Under the pieces are notes generated by a model. That model worked only from the letters and a program-made list of their open reading frames with translations. It ran no database searches and was not told where the DNA came from. The position numbers were made by a program, and so were the translations under genes. A stretch of DNA of 64,000 nucleotides from Vermamoeba vermiformis (lineage: Eukaryota), in NCBI GenBank assembly GCA_045837725.1, contig JBEWZL010000078.1:62001-126000 (forward strand). The letters run 5' to 3'. Below are positions 26,298 through 39,200 of this stretch, one piece after another; position 1 is the stretch's first letter, and every line of letters begins with the position of its first letter.

Positions 26298-29200
26298 ATG
26301 TTTTCGTTCAAGAAATTGGAAACAACAGTTGGACATTTGGAGAATCCAGTCAAAACAGGATGGTTAACCAAAAAGAGAGGAAACAGCAACAAATTGCGGT
26401 ATTTTGTTCTCAAAGATGATAAGGTGCATTATTTCCCATCGGATGAGGTATTTAATCACAAAAAAACGCTCTGGATCAAGCTCAGCACCTTTTTGTAACA
26501 ACGTATCTTTATGATTTAGAAAACAACGCAAGCACTCGGCGTCATAGAACTGAGCAAATGCATTGCATATCCCTCACTCGAGACGACACAGTTCATTGTT
26601 GCCAACAAAGACTCAGGTCGCGACTACATCCTGGTCGCTGAACAGCAGTCCGATCGCGACGAGTGGCTGCGCGTGTTGGACGGTGTGTTGCCGCAGCCTA
26701 AAAAGGAAGCACTCCGCGTATATTTAGACGAGGCCGGTGACTCGCAGTACTGCACTGTCGCCATCATGCCGCGCACCACTGTCGGCGAGCTCCTCGAACT
26801 GGTCAAGTCCAAATTAGGAAATAAACCGATGCCCGGCACCTACCAAATCTACGATGACAAAAAAGGCAGTAAGTAATTCCGCCGTGTCTTGCGTTCAGTA
26901 AGCTAATTATAGCAGCGCTGTACGAGCTTCAGAATGACATGCCCGTCAAAGATTTGATGCGCCTCTGGTCCGAGCGCCCTGGCAAATTTCTATATAAGGA
27001 CAAAGCCACTGTGCTCAGTGCCAAACCAATCGTTGTCAAAGAAATTCCTCCGCCCTCCACCTCGAACAAAAACTCCGTACGTGAACTCGATCGATGGCGC
27101 GTGACCACCAACTGACTTTCCATATTTAGCATCGCAATACCGTTGCAATTGTAAACATTGCCAAAGTTGTGGACAAGTACGAGACTCAAGAGCCTGAACT
27201 GAATCACGTGAGTACAGCTAAATTAGGAAGGTGTTGGTGCAATCACCTTATTGACACGTGTGACAGTTGACAGCAAACAGAGCGAAGGTGCAAGTCAAAC
27301 GACGACCTCCAACGCGCAAAATCCGCCAATCAGCGATGCCTGGTGGACTCGGTGCGGGTGGAGGACTCGACGTGGACTTTGACGAGTCACGTGATGTCTA
27401 CGAGAACGACTATCAGATCAGCACCGCGCCCTCTATGGTCTCGTTCAGTGAACCGTACAATGAGTTCTCTGACGCAGCTCCAGCACCTGTCAAACGTCCA
27501 CTCATGCGACAAATGTCAAATGGGGGCTTGTCGCAACAAATTATCTCGCCCAACGGAGATTCATCCGAGACAGGTGTCAACAACAGCTCCGTGTCACTTT
27601 CAGACCTCTTTGGTGCCCCCGCGCCACCTCCTTCACGCCGCACAATGCCACCGCAGAACACGTCAATGGTGACACCTGTCAATGAGGAGTCTGCATCGAG
27701 TTCAGACGTCAACTTCGCACCCGTTGCGCGCACTGATTCACTGAACAACCGTGCAGCCCCTCCACCCCCTCCGCAAGGTATGCCGTTTGACACGTGTTAT
27801 TCTTTGGCTCACACTATTTGCAGGTTCAAAACCACGTGTCGCTTCAATGAAATTCAACCAATCAGTGATCAATCAAGCGCTGTCCAATGACACATCTGCG
27901 TCCGTTGAGCCCAGTCCCCCGACTTCAGTGTCGGGAGTGCCCGAACAACCTTCCCCGACTGTTCCAAAGTCCGCAGTGCCACCACCTGTCGCACCACGTG
28001 TCAAGACAATGATGTTCAGCCCTGGTCAGTTGTCAAATGCCCTCAACGAACAGCCCGTGACACCTGTCAATCCGAAGACTCCACTCAACCAATCAGGTGG
28101 TGCTCCCAAATTTGGTGTTGCCATGCCTGGATTCGGTCCCGCGCCAGTTCAGAGAACTAACTCACAAGACCAGATGACAGGTGTCAAACAAGAGTCCGCA
28201 CCAACACCGCAAATCCCACCTCCCGTGCCCAAAGCACCTGTCAGAAACAATTCCCAAGTACTCGCCTCTTCGACAGACCAAGTGACAGGTGTCAATCCTG
28301 GAGTAGGTGTATCTCCCAATGTATCTCCCGCAGTCCCCAAGGCACAGCTCGGAGGTCCACCACCTGTCGTGCAGAGAACTGTTTCGCAACAATCCGCTGT
28401 CTCTGATCAGTCCGGAGGTGCTCCCAAATTTGGTGTTGCCATGCCTGGATTTGGCCCTGCATCAGTGCCGAGACCTAACTCGCAAGAAATGGCAGGTGTC
28501 AAACAAGAGTCCGCACCAACACCGCAAATCCCACCTCCCGTGCCCAAAGCACCTGCCAGAAACAATTCTCAAGGACTCGCCTCTTCGACAGACCAAGTGA
28601 CAGGTGTCAATCCTGGAGTAGGTGTATCTCCCAATGTATCTCCCGCAGTCCCCAAGGCACAGCTCGGAGGTCCACCACCTGTCGTGCAGAGAGCGGCTTC
28701 CCAACAAGGAATGACAGGTGTCAAACAAGACTCCGCGCCAGTGTCCCCTGCAGTCCCCAAAGCTCAGCTCGGAGGTCCCCCGACCATTCAGCGCACAGTC
28801 TCGCAACAAGGTGTCGTGCCTAGTCCTCCTCCACCCCGCAACCAGTCACAGCCCAACATGTCTGCTGGTTTGACACCTGTCAACTCGCCGCCCGTGCCTA
28901 AAATGGGCATTAAAATGCCCATGCCCCCAGGAATGAAAGCTCCCTTCAAAATGCCTCCCAAATTAGGTCCACCAGGCCGCGCAGCTCCGAGTGAAGTCAT
29001 CAACGATCGGCCGCTCAATCCGAACCTGATCGCCCCTGGCAAAATGCCACCAAAGATGCCGTTGGGTCCGCCACGTGGTCCAAATGGTATGGCGATGCAA
29101 CCAGGGCCACTGCAGAATCAGCCAGGGCCTCAATCAGGGCTGGCAAATGTTCCTCCAGGTCAGCCTCCGACACGTGTCACTCAGCCACCCCCGCAGCAGA

Positions 29201-30564
29201 ACACCGTGCCTCCCAGCACTGGTCCCAAACAAGTGTCCAGCCCGCCACCCACTGGACCTGTCTCACCGAAAACAGCTCCGAAAGGAGTGCCCAAAGGTCA
29301 AAACGCTGGCAGTGTGCCACCTGTCGTACCGCGAGCTGTTGGAGCTCCTCAACCAGGACCGCAACCTGTCAATCAGCAAATGATACCTGTCACTGCTCAA
29401 AATCCTTCGCAGAATGCAGCACAACAAGTGACACCTGTCACTCAATCCCCTCCGCAGAATGTCACTCAGCAAGTGACACCTGTCAACACGCCAGCTCTAG
29501 TAGCTCGAGTGCCGCCACCCACACGTGCTGGTCTCACCGCTTCAGGCAATACTCCGCCAGTAGTTCCGCGTCAACCAATGCAACGACCACCCCCTCCTTC
29601 GGGAACTACATCCGCGGAACAACCTCGTGCTGTATCCCCGCAGAGTGGTCAAGTGCCACCGCCCGAGCCATCAATGCCGTCCCTCGTGCCTAACCCCACT
29701 GTGTCACAGCCCATTACGCCGCAAGTGTCAAACACTGCCCCGCAACAAGTTGTTGAGCCACCACTCGAGCCTGTGCACGTGACAGCACCCGAAGTGACAC
29801 CTGTCACTCAACCTCCTTCGCAGAATGTCACTCAGCCAGTGACACCTGTCACTCAATCTCCTCCGCAGAATGTCACTCAGCCAGTGACACCTGTCACACC
29901 AGCAGTGACAGCTGAGTCCCAGTCCACGCCGCAGAACACGCCTGTCACCGCACCACACGCGTCACAGCCGAGTGCGGCAGTGGATTATTCCGCCGTGTTC
30001 AATCAGTCACTCGAAGAGAATGCGCCCTACGAGAACGAGTACTACTACGGCGAGTACCAGTACGGCGAATATCAGCCCAGCGAGTACTATCAGTCGAGTG
30101 AATATCAACAGTATCAGCAGCAATATCAACAGCAGTATCAGCAAGAATATGCCGCGGTAGATCCGAGTCAATATCCACCGGGCTATTACTACGACGAGTA
30201 CGGCAATGAGTACTATTATAGCGGCGAGTACCACACTGCGAGCTCAATAGACACTGTCAGCAACAATAACAACACTGCGGCCAGTACTACCAGCACAACA
30301 TCCACCACCCCGCAGAGCAAATCTGCGCACGATAGTTTCGAGTTGTCAGACTCCACTCGATTCACTAGTGCCGCAGATCTCACGGATGTGTTCGCTGCCA
30401 CAGAACCGCAACAGACCCGCCAGGAGGTGCAGTTCATGGACGACAACGATCCGATGCTGAGCACGATGAACTTCAACAACCTGCAGTCAGAGATTGACAA
30501 GATGTTAGGCGATATCTCCTCTGCATTTGTACCGCCCAGCAATAATAATAATAATAATAACTAA
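26298..30564 (+). CDS. PH + Ras-association-like domain + CPI motif + long Pro-rich/Tyr-rich adaptor protein, multi-exon
   Basis: PH (KTGWLTKK, RYFVLKDDKVHYF, EQQSDRDEWLRVL). RA-like (LRVYLD...TTVGELLELVKSKL). Spliced LNHLTANRAKVQVKRRPPTRK, then a 937-aa Pro-rich terminal ORF. Confidence 0.75.
28090..28810 (+). repeat. Intragenic tandem duplication, period ~318 bp (~106 aa), two near-identical copies plus a partial third
   Basis: GCTCCCAAATTTGGTGTTGCCATGCCTGGA at 28102 and 28420. Peptide QSGGAPKFGVAMPGFGP...VPKAQLGGPPPVVQR is repeated. Confidence 0.9.
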
Positions 30565-30841
30565 CTGACGGGTGATCAATCGCAGCACTCGTTATCTATG
30601 TACCACTAGCTTCGTCTTCTTGTAAATTAAAGTACACTTGAACTTCAAGTGGCATAGTACTAGCAGCTTATCCATATTAGCAACACCTATTGAGATTATC
30701 ACCTGAATATCGAATCGTTATGGTGTTGGTGTTGCACAGGCGCAAAAAAGTGGTAATAAATTTTTGTCAGCAGTAAAATTGATAAGAGTTCTTTTGTAAA
30801 ATAGTAATAGCACAGCTCGATCATTAATCACTATTGCAAAT

Positions 30842-31939
30842 ATGGCCAATGCTAAGATAGGACAACCAGATTGGACAGATGTTGCCCACAGCATGGGTGT
30901 ACGTATTCATTCTGACTTGACTCTATGCCAATAACATGGCTATAATAGTGTATTATAATTATTTTGAAATCATACTGAATTACACTAGCAACTACGAATG
31001 AATGACAAAATAAAATTGCCATCTAATTTTTTGTTTTTATTTTTCTAGACATCAATTATGGCCGTAGAGTTTGAAGGAGGTGTAGTCATGGGTGCTGATT
31101 CGCGAACAACTACTGGTAATATTATTAGTGTTATTTAAAATTTGATATGAAATGTTTTTCAATTTGGAAAACTTTTCGTACTTACGTCGATAAAAAGTGA
31201 AAGTCAATATACTAATAATATTAATGACGCAGGTGCTTACATTGCCAATCGAGTCTCTGATAAGATCACTCCTATTCACGACAGAATTTTTGTTTGCCGC
31301 TCTGGATCTGCTGCAGACACGCAAGCCATTGCAGACTACGTGCGCTATTATTTGGATATGCACAGGTATGTAATGTTATATATCGATTGTAGTCACATAG
31401 CTAACAACTGCGCTATAGTGTTGAGCTCGGAGAACTTCCGCTCGTAAAGACAGCCGCGAATCTGGTGCACCAAATCATTTACAACAACAAACAGCTGCTC
31501 GCAGGTATGATCACTGCAGGCTGGGATCAACACAACGGCGGACAAGTCTACTCGATCTCGCTGGGCGGTTCTATTGTGCGTCAACCTTTCGCCATCAGCG
31601 GCTCTGGCTCGACATACATCTACGGCTATTGCGACGCACACTTCAGGCGCGGCATGACTCGCGATGAGTGCGTCAAGTTTGTCACTAATGGTACGGTGCA
31701 GCGGAGATTATTGTTGTTGGAGAACCGACCACTGACCTTTTGATTGATTAGCGCTGGCCCTCGCCATGGCCCGTGACGGCTCATCAGGTGGCATCATTCG
31801 TCTCGCTATCATCGATCGACAAGGCTTCACGCGCTACGTGGTGCCTGGCGATCAATTGCCCGCATTCTCTGGTACGTAGTAGTAGTAATATTGCTCGGCG
31901 TTGTGTACTAATAATGAGTGCTGAACAGAGGACGATTAG
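30842..31939 (+). CDS. PSMB6: 20S proteasome subunit beta 1 (beta type-6, caspase-like), multi-exon
   Basis: Propeptide ...[72 protein letters not shown]. Confidence 0.97.
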
Positions 31940-32151
31940 AGCTCTCGTGTGTTCACGAAACAATTAGGCGTTGTTAAGTGCACTGCTATAATCAACTCCT
32001 CACATATGTAAATCAATTGCTGTTTTGTAACCTCCCCTTTGAAAAATAAACCCATCAAAACAAACATACGACACCTTCAGACCAAGTTGTTTTTAAAATA
32101 AACATTGACTCCTTCGCACTTTATTGATACAAGTTCATGCTGCGAGAAATC

Positions 32152-33015
32152 TTATACCTTCTCTTCAATAAGACCGTCCTTGAAGACATAGAAGTAAGGC
32201 TCGGGATCAGAACCCTTGTAGAACTTGAACAAAACGATGCCTTCCATGTTTTGGCTTTGACCAACATAGAATTCGAATTCGTCAAAAGCGCCCAAGATCT
32301 TGTTCTTGACGAAAGCCTGAATAATCATGAATTAGTAAATAAATTGTCCGATCGGGGAAAAAAAAAAGACGGATCACAAGAAAAAAAAAGAAAGTAAGGG
32401 AATACTTACGGCAGCAGCCTTTTGGAAATCAGCAACACGACCAGGGTTAGTGGCTTCCAAGTGCTTCTTGAGGGCAGCCATGTAGCCCTTGATGTAGGCC
32501 ATAAAGTCGCTCTTGCCCAAAGTGGTGGGTTCCAAGTTGTGGGCAGCAACCAAGTTGTTGACGGTGACGGCACCACTACCAGCCTCGTTGGGGTCGTTAG
32601 CCTCGACGTAGTCATCGTCGTTTTGAACGATGTTCTGGCAAAATCCAAGGTCAGTTATTTTGTTTTGGATTGGGGTTGCGTTTATTTGTATCCGCGCTTA
32701 CCTTGGTCTTGACTTCGTAGACAACGTCGTCAACAACGGTCAAGGGGAAAGAGTCAGAGAGAACTTCGTCTCCTACAAGCGAATAAAATGATCAGCGGAT
32801 TTTAAATCGCAAAACTAAAATCGCAATTCAGCACTCGCAAAATACAAATAAAAACAATAATAAATATTTTCTTTTTAACACTAGCTTTAACTCAAGTATT
32901 TCGCTAATTAAATGGAAGGGCAAGATTAGATCGTTGCGCCCGGGAGCGATCTAGACTTGAGTATCCAGGCAAATATAAAATACGTACCAGAAATAAAGTC
33001 CTTGTAGATTTTCAT
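32152..33015 (-). CDS. TPT1: Translationally controlled tumour protein (TCTP), multi-exon
   Basis: MKIYKDFISGDEVLSDSF, YEV, NNLVAAHNL, FMAYIKGYM, FDEFEFYVGQS, PYFYVFKDGLIEEKV*. Strong codon bias of a highly expressed gene. Confidence 0.95.
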
Positions 33016-33212
33016 TGTTTAGTGGTAGTGGAACGTTGCAAATAAGAACAACAACTGCCCTTGTGTCAGCTCTCTCGTTTTGTTGCGCTGCTGTTTGGCG
33101 ACTTGGAGGCTGGTTAAAAATAGGGTCTGACTACTGAGTCAGAGGGTTTCCGGCGACAATCAATTTCTGATTACTTACCAGTTTATCTTTATGTACATAT
33201 ACAACGTGTTCC

Positions 33213-36200
33213 ATGGCATCCGTTAGTATTGTAAAACGGAATACGGCGGTGCCAAAAATTTGGATCGACACGTTAGCCCATCTAACTGAAGATCTAAAGA
33301 ACAAGTAAGCGCTTTTTTGAAAGCTGACAATGCCACTTCATTCATACTGATTGTATTGTTTTTCATTTAAAGAGATGAAGACATAAGAAACAAGGCAACC
33401 AAAGAGCTGGCTAAATATGTAAAAATCTTTTACTTGCCCATTTTATTTATCACCCTTATGAATTAATTAATATACCGTTTATGTTTGTATCAATTTATCG
33501 CATATAATTTCCATGTTTTGATTGAATTTTACAAAACATTACAATATTCAAATTTAAATTTAATATAACTCACTGATCCAGGTCGAAGAACAAGCCAGAG
33601 AATTGAAAGGAGAATTATTTGCACTGTTTATAAACGATGTTAATACTCACATATTTGAACTGCTGAACAGCAACAATAATCTCGATAAACTTGGCGGAAT
33701 CACAGCTATCAGTGCGTATTATGATACATCAATACCCGAATGACGACCATGCAGTTTATTGATTGTACTATTGTTGTTCACTACAGATGAGCTGTTGGAC
33801 GTGGATTTTCAAGAAGATATTGCAAAGTTGACACGTCTCGCTGATTTCTTGCGACTGGGCCTGTCGAGCAATGATGCCGCGGTGATTTCACTCTCAGCCA
33901 AGGCACTCGGTCGATTGAGCAAGCTCGATGGCAGCCGCACCATGGCCTACGAGATGTGCGCCACTGAGCTGCGCACTTGGCTCGAAGTGCTGGCCGAGAA
34001 AGATCGTTACGAAATGAAGCGACAAGCAGCAGTCACAGTGCTGGCTCAACTCGCGAGCAGTGCGCCGTCATTGTTCTATCTCAATCTCAACAGGTAAGCT
34101 CTTATATTGGCGTGACTGGTGACTAGTCGCAGTACTCATTTGTTGCCGCAGATTTTTAGAACTGATTTGGGTGGCATTGCGCGATCCTAAATTGACCATT
34201 CGAACGGTATGCAATCGAGATATATCCCCAAGTACGTGATCTCACCACCATCAATACAGACTGCGAGTGAGGCGCTAGGAGCGAGTTTGAAGTTGATCGC
34301 AGAGCGTGAGAACACGTGGCAGCTGATGAAAAAAGTGTTCGAAGAGGCGAAGAAAGGACTGCGCGCCACAGCGATGGAGAGCATTCACGGCTCACTGCTG
34401 GTGCTGTGCGAGATGTTGAACAACACCAATTCATTCTTCAAAAATCACGAGCGATTCAACGAGATTGGTCAAATACTGCTCAAATTCCGCGAACACAAAG
34501 AGAAGTTAGTGCGCATCACGTGCATTAATATGATGCCTAGACTAGCCATGGCCAATCCTGAGTCATATGGCAAAGATTTCTTGGACAACAGCATTGTATT
34601 TCTGCTGGGCGTAGTGTCCAAGTCCAAAGAAGATCAAGAGCGCCAATCAGGCTTCATTGCTATTGGTGAAGTTGCGGTGGAGGTGAAAGATCTGATCAAG
34701 CCTTACTTGGACAAGATCGTCGAAGAGGTGCAGAACACGCTCAAGTCCAAGAACAAAGTGTGCGGTGACGAGGCACTGATGTGCATCACACTGCTCGCCA
34801 AGGCCATTGGCATTGGTCTGCACCAGGGCTGCGGCATGAAAGATCTGTTGGACAACATCTTCAGCGTGGGACTCACCGAGAAGTTGGTCGAATCACTCGC
34901 CGCACTCGTGCTGCACATCCCAACACTGCTCAAAGAGATTCAGCTCCGACTCATGGACGTGCTCTCCTCCACTCTCACGCGCGAGAAGAGAGCGCAGGCC
35001 AATCCCGCTGCACTGGTGAAGAGTGGCTCGTTCTTGAACAGACTCGCGCCCGGTCGCAAGAAATCTATCGTGGGAGGACGCGACAAGCTGACCAAGACCG
35101 GCACGCGCGAGAGTGAGGGCGAGGGTGACGGCACCAACAAGGACGATTCAGCACTCACGGCCCTGGCTCTCAAGACACTGGGCTCGTTCAATCTGCAGGG
35201 CTACATCAGCAACATGGACGAGTTCTTGCGCGACATTGTGACGCAGTTCCTCGACTCTGACAACGCCGCTATTCGCAAAGAAGCAGCGCTCGCTTGTGCT
35301 CAACTCGCAGCCCGTGCAGAGGGCTCGACGACAGTGCTGTTCGAACAGAACTGGCTCTTCTCGAGCAACAACACCGCAGCACAGTCGAGCAGTCTGGTGG
35401 CAAACATCACGGGACCCCTCAGTGCGCCACTGCCCGTCAGCAATGCAGCAGCTGTGTCCCCTGCTGGCACACTCAAGTCCCCGGCACTCTTCTCCGCTGG
35501 TCGGCAAGCTCGTCCCCCCTCACCGCAGCTGCTCGCTCAAGTCGTCTCGCTGCTACTCGTGGTGGGCACAGCAGATCCAGAGCCCTCTATTCGCGAGACG
35601 GTCATGTCTTCGCTCGACCCCAGACTCGACGGCTATCTCTCGCAGCCTGACAATCTGCGCTCGCTGTTCATCTCGCTCAACGACGAGGTGTTTGAGATCC
35701 GTGAGCTCGCGATTGCCATCATCGGTCGCTTGGCTATTCGCAACCCCGCCTATGTGATGCCCTCGCTGCGCAAGACGCTGATTCAACTGCTCACCGAGCT
35801 CGAGTTCAGCGGCGACAACAAGAACAAAGAAGAGAGTGCCAAGCTGATCGGCACGCTGATTCGCACCAGCAAGCACATGATCAGACCCTACGTCTCCTCC
35901 ATCGTCACTGCGCTGCTCGCCAAGCTGCCCACCTATCAGCACCCTGACAAAGATCCGCGCGTCTCGCTCGCAGTGCTGGGTGCGCTGGGTGAACTGGCGC
36001 TGGTGGGCAGCGAGGAGGTCGGAGCTCATCTCGATGTGCTGCTGCCCTTCATCGTGCAGAGCTTGCAGCAGACCAGTGTCTACAAGCGCGAGATTGCCTT
36101 GCGCGCGCTCGGTCAGCTCGTCGAGTACACGGGCCACATTGCAGCACCTTACAGCCGCTATCCAGAGCTGCTCGACATTCTGCTGCACCTTGTCAAGAGC

Positions 36201-39200
36201 GAGAAGACCAAGAGTGTGCGGCGCGAGGTGATCAAAGTGCTGGGCATACTCGGCGCGATTGATCCCTATCAGCACAAGCAAGCCAAGCTCAAGACCACGC
36301 GTGCCGACAAGTTGGTGCCGCACGAGGCCTCGCACCCCGCGCACTTGCACCCGCGCAAACTCTCTGAACGCCGCAACTCCACCATGGTCAGCAAGACAGC
36401 GTCACGTGATCAACCGGGGCCACTCAGCAGTCTCGGACCATTCACCGAACACTACTACAGTCTGGTGGCCATACACGCACTGGCCGATGTGTTGAAAGAG
36501 GCCTCGCTGTCCGCCTATCACAGCAAGGCCATTCAAGCGCAGATCACCATCATTCGCGAGTGTCTGGCGGGACAACAAGCGGAAGAATTCTTGCCGCTCG
36601 TGCTGCCACCACTGCTGCACATTGTGCGCCACGGCGAAGTGCAATCGATGAACTCACTGCTGCAAGATCTCACCACGCTGATTGCCCTCGTGAAGCGACC
36701 TATTGCCGAGTACTTGGAGGACATCTTCGAGATGGTGCTGGAGTGCTGGCAGAATGACTGGCTGCCGAGTCTGTTGCACCTGATTGAAGTCATCTCCGTG
36801 GTGCTGGGCGACGAGTTCAATGTCTACCTGCCCATCCTCTTGCCCAAGATGCTCGCGGTGCTCCACGCGGACTTCAGTCTCAATCACGGCCTCACCAAGC
36901 GCGTGTTGACGGCGCTGGAGCTGATTGGTCCGCACTTGGACGACTACTTGCACCTGATCACGCCAGCACTGATGAAGGTGATTGAGGAGCTCAATGTCTC
37001 CAATGACGTGCGACTCATGGCCATCAATGCATTCGGTCGACTCTCGCGCGTGCTCAACTTCAGCGACTATGCCTCGCGCATCATTCACCCCATCGCGCGT
37101 CTGCTGCAGGACTACGCACTGAGCACGGACATCAAGCACGCCGCGGTGGATGTGCTGTGCTACATTGTGTACCAGTGCGGCTCTGACTACGTGGTGTTCA
37201 TTCCCATGCTCAATCGCATTCTCAACGACCAGCAGTTCAATCACACCACCTACACCAACATGGTCTCCAAGCTCTTGAAGTCGCAGCCCTTGTTGGAGAC
37301 TGATCTGCCCCGCTTGCCCGAAGCTCGCGAGTCGCGCAGCAACACAGCAGACGGCGATGCACGCGCACTGGGCCCGCACGCAGGCACGACACAACTGCGC
37401 GTGGACGAGAGTCGCCTCAGCAAGGCCTGGGGAGCCTCACCACAGTCCACCAAAGAGGACTGGGACGAGTGGTTCCGTCGCCTGTCGATTGAACTGGTGC
37501 GCGAGAGTCCTGAGCCCTCGCTGCGGCTGTGTCTCGAGCTCGCAGAAGAGCACTACCCCCTCGTGCGCAGCTTGTTCGATCCTGCCTTCATCTCCTGTTG
37601 GCGCGCACTCTCGCAGCAGGGCAAGGACGAGCTCACGGACAATCTCGTGGTGGCACTCAAGTCACCGCACATCCCCGCTGATGTGCTGCAACAGCTGCTC
37701 AATCTCATCGAGTTCATGGAGCGAGCACGTGTGCCACTCAAACTGCTCTCCATTGACGAGCTCGGTGCACTCGCCGAGAAAGCACGTGCTTTTGCCAAGT
37801 CTTTGCACTACCGCGAGCTGAAATTTCACAGCGATTCCAATGCCAAGACCCTCGCAGCACTCGTGACACTCAATCTGCGTCTGCAACAGAGCGATGCAGC
37901 GCGAGGACTGGTCGCCATGGCCAAGAGCTCGCTGGGCCTCGCAGCACCTCCTGCTTGGCTGGCGGAGAGTGGTCGCTGGGAAGCAGCGCTCAGCGAGTGG
38001 GGCGGTGCAGACGGCGAGTGGCGCACTGATCCGCTCGGGGCACTGCGCTGTTTGCGAGCCCTGGGAGATTGGAGCGCACTCTCGACCAGGGCCACGCGCA
38101 TGTACCGCGACAATGCCCTGGACGAGAGCGTCAAGTCACGTGCCATCATCTGGGGTGCAACAGCAGCGTGGCGCACGAACGAATGGCACAACTTGAGCGA
38201 ACTGAACACGGCGCTGAGTGGTCTGACTGCGAGTGTGGAGAACAGCGCACTGGGCACGCAAGAACTGCTCGAGGCACTGCTCGACCGCGCGGTGCTGTAC
38301 TTGCACGGCAGACACTGGGACCAGCTGCGACACGTGATTGGCGTGGCACGTGACATGATCGACGGAGAATTGAGTTCGCTGGCCTCTGAGTCGTACTTGC
38401 GCGCCTACGACATGATCGTGCAGCTGCAACTGTTCACTGAACTCGAAGAGCTCGTCGAGTACCAGTACATTGAGTCGCAGCTGGCCACTGATCGGCGCAG
38501 GGTGATGGAGACCATGTGGCAACAGCGCCTCGCCACCATGACGCGTCGTGTGGATCACTGGCAAGAAGTGCTCGCCGTGCGCGCCTTGTTGTTGCCTGCT
38601 GATCGCCAGCTCGACGACTGGCTCACCTTCTCGCGCATGTTGCAGAAAGAGGACAGACCGCTGCAGAGTCAGCGCGTGCTGGCACAGCTGTTGGGTGTGA
38701 GTGCTGGAACCCTGGTCGATGTCAAGTCACATCCGGCAGTGTTCACTGGCACTGGGCCACGCGTCTACTACCACTACTTGCACTTGCAGTGGACACTGGG
38801 CCACAAACAGTTCGCCATCGATCAGCTGCGCGCACTCACCGCACACCTCGGCAGCGACACTACTGCCACGCAATCCGCGCTGCTGGCACGGTGCCACTTG
38901 AAGCTGGGCGAGTGGCAGTATCAACAGCTGGAAGGAGGGCAGCCATTCGATCTCAAAGTGCTGCAAGAGGTGCGTCGTCATCTGCAACAGAGCACGCAGC
39001 ACAGACCTGACTGGCACAAGGCCTGGCACGCGTGGGGTCAGTTCAACTTTGAATGGGCAGCCTACCTCGAGCGACAGGGCTCAGCGACCAACACCTCGGG
39101 ACTGGACACTGTGGAGGGCGCGGTTGTGACGGCGATTGGTGCCTTCTTCAAAGCCATTTCCCTGGCCCCGCAGCCCTCACTGCGCGACACGCTGCGCTTG

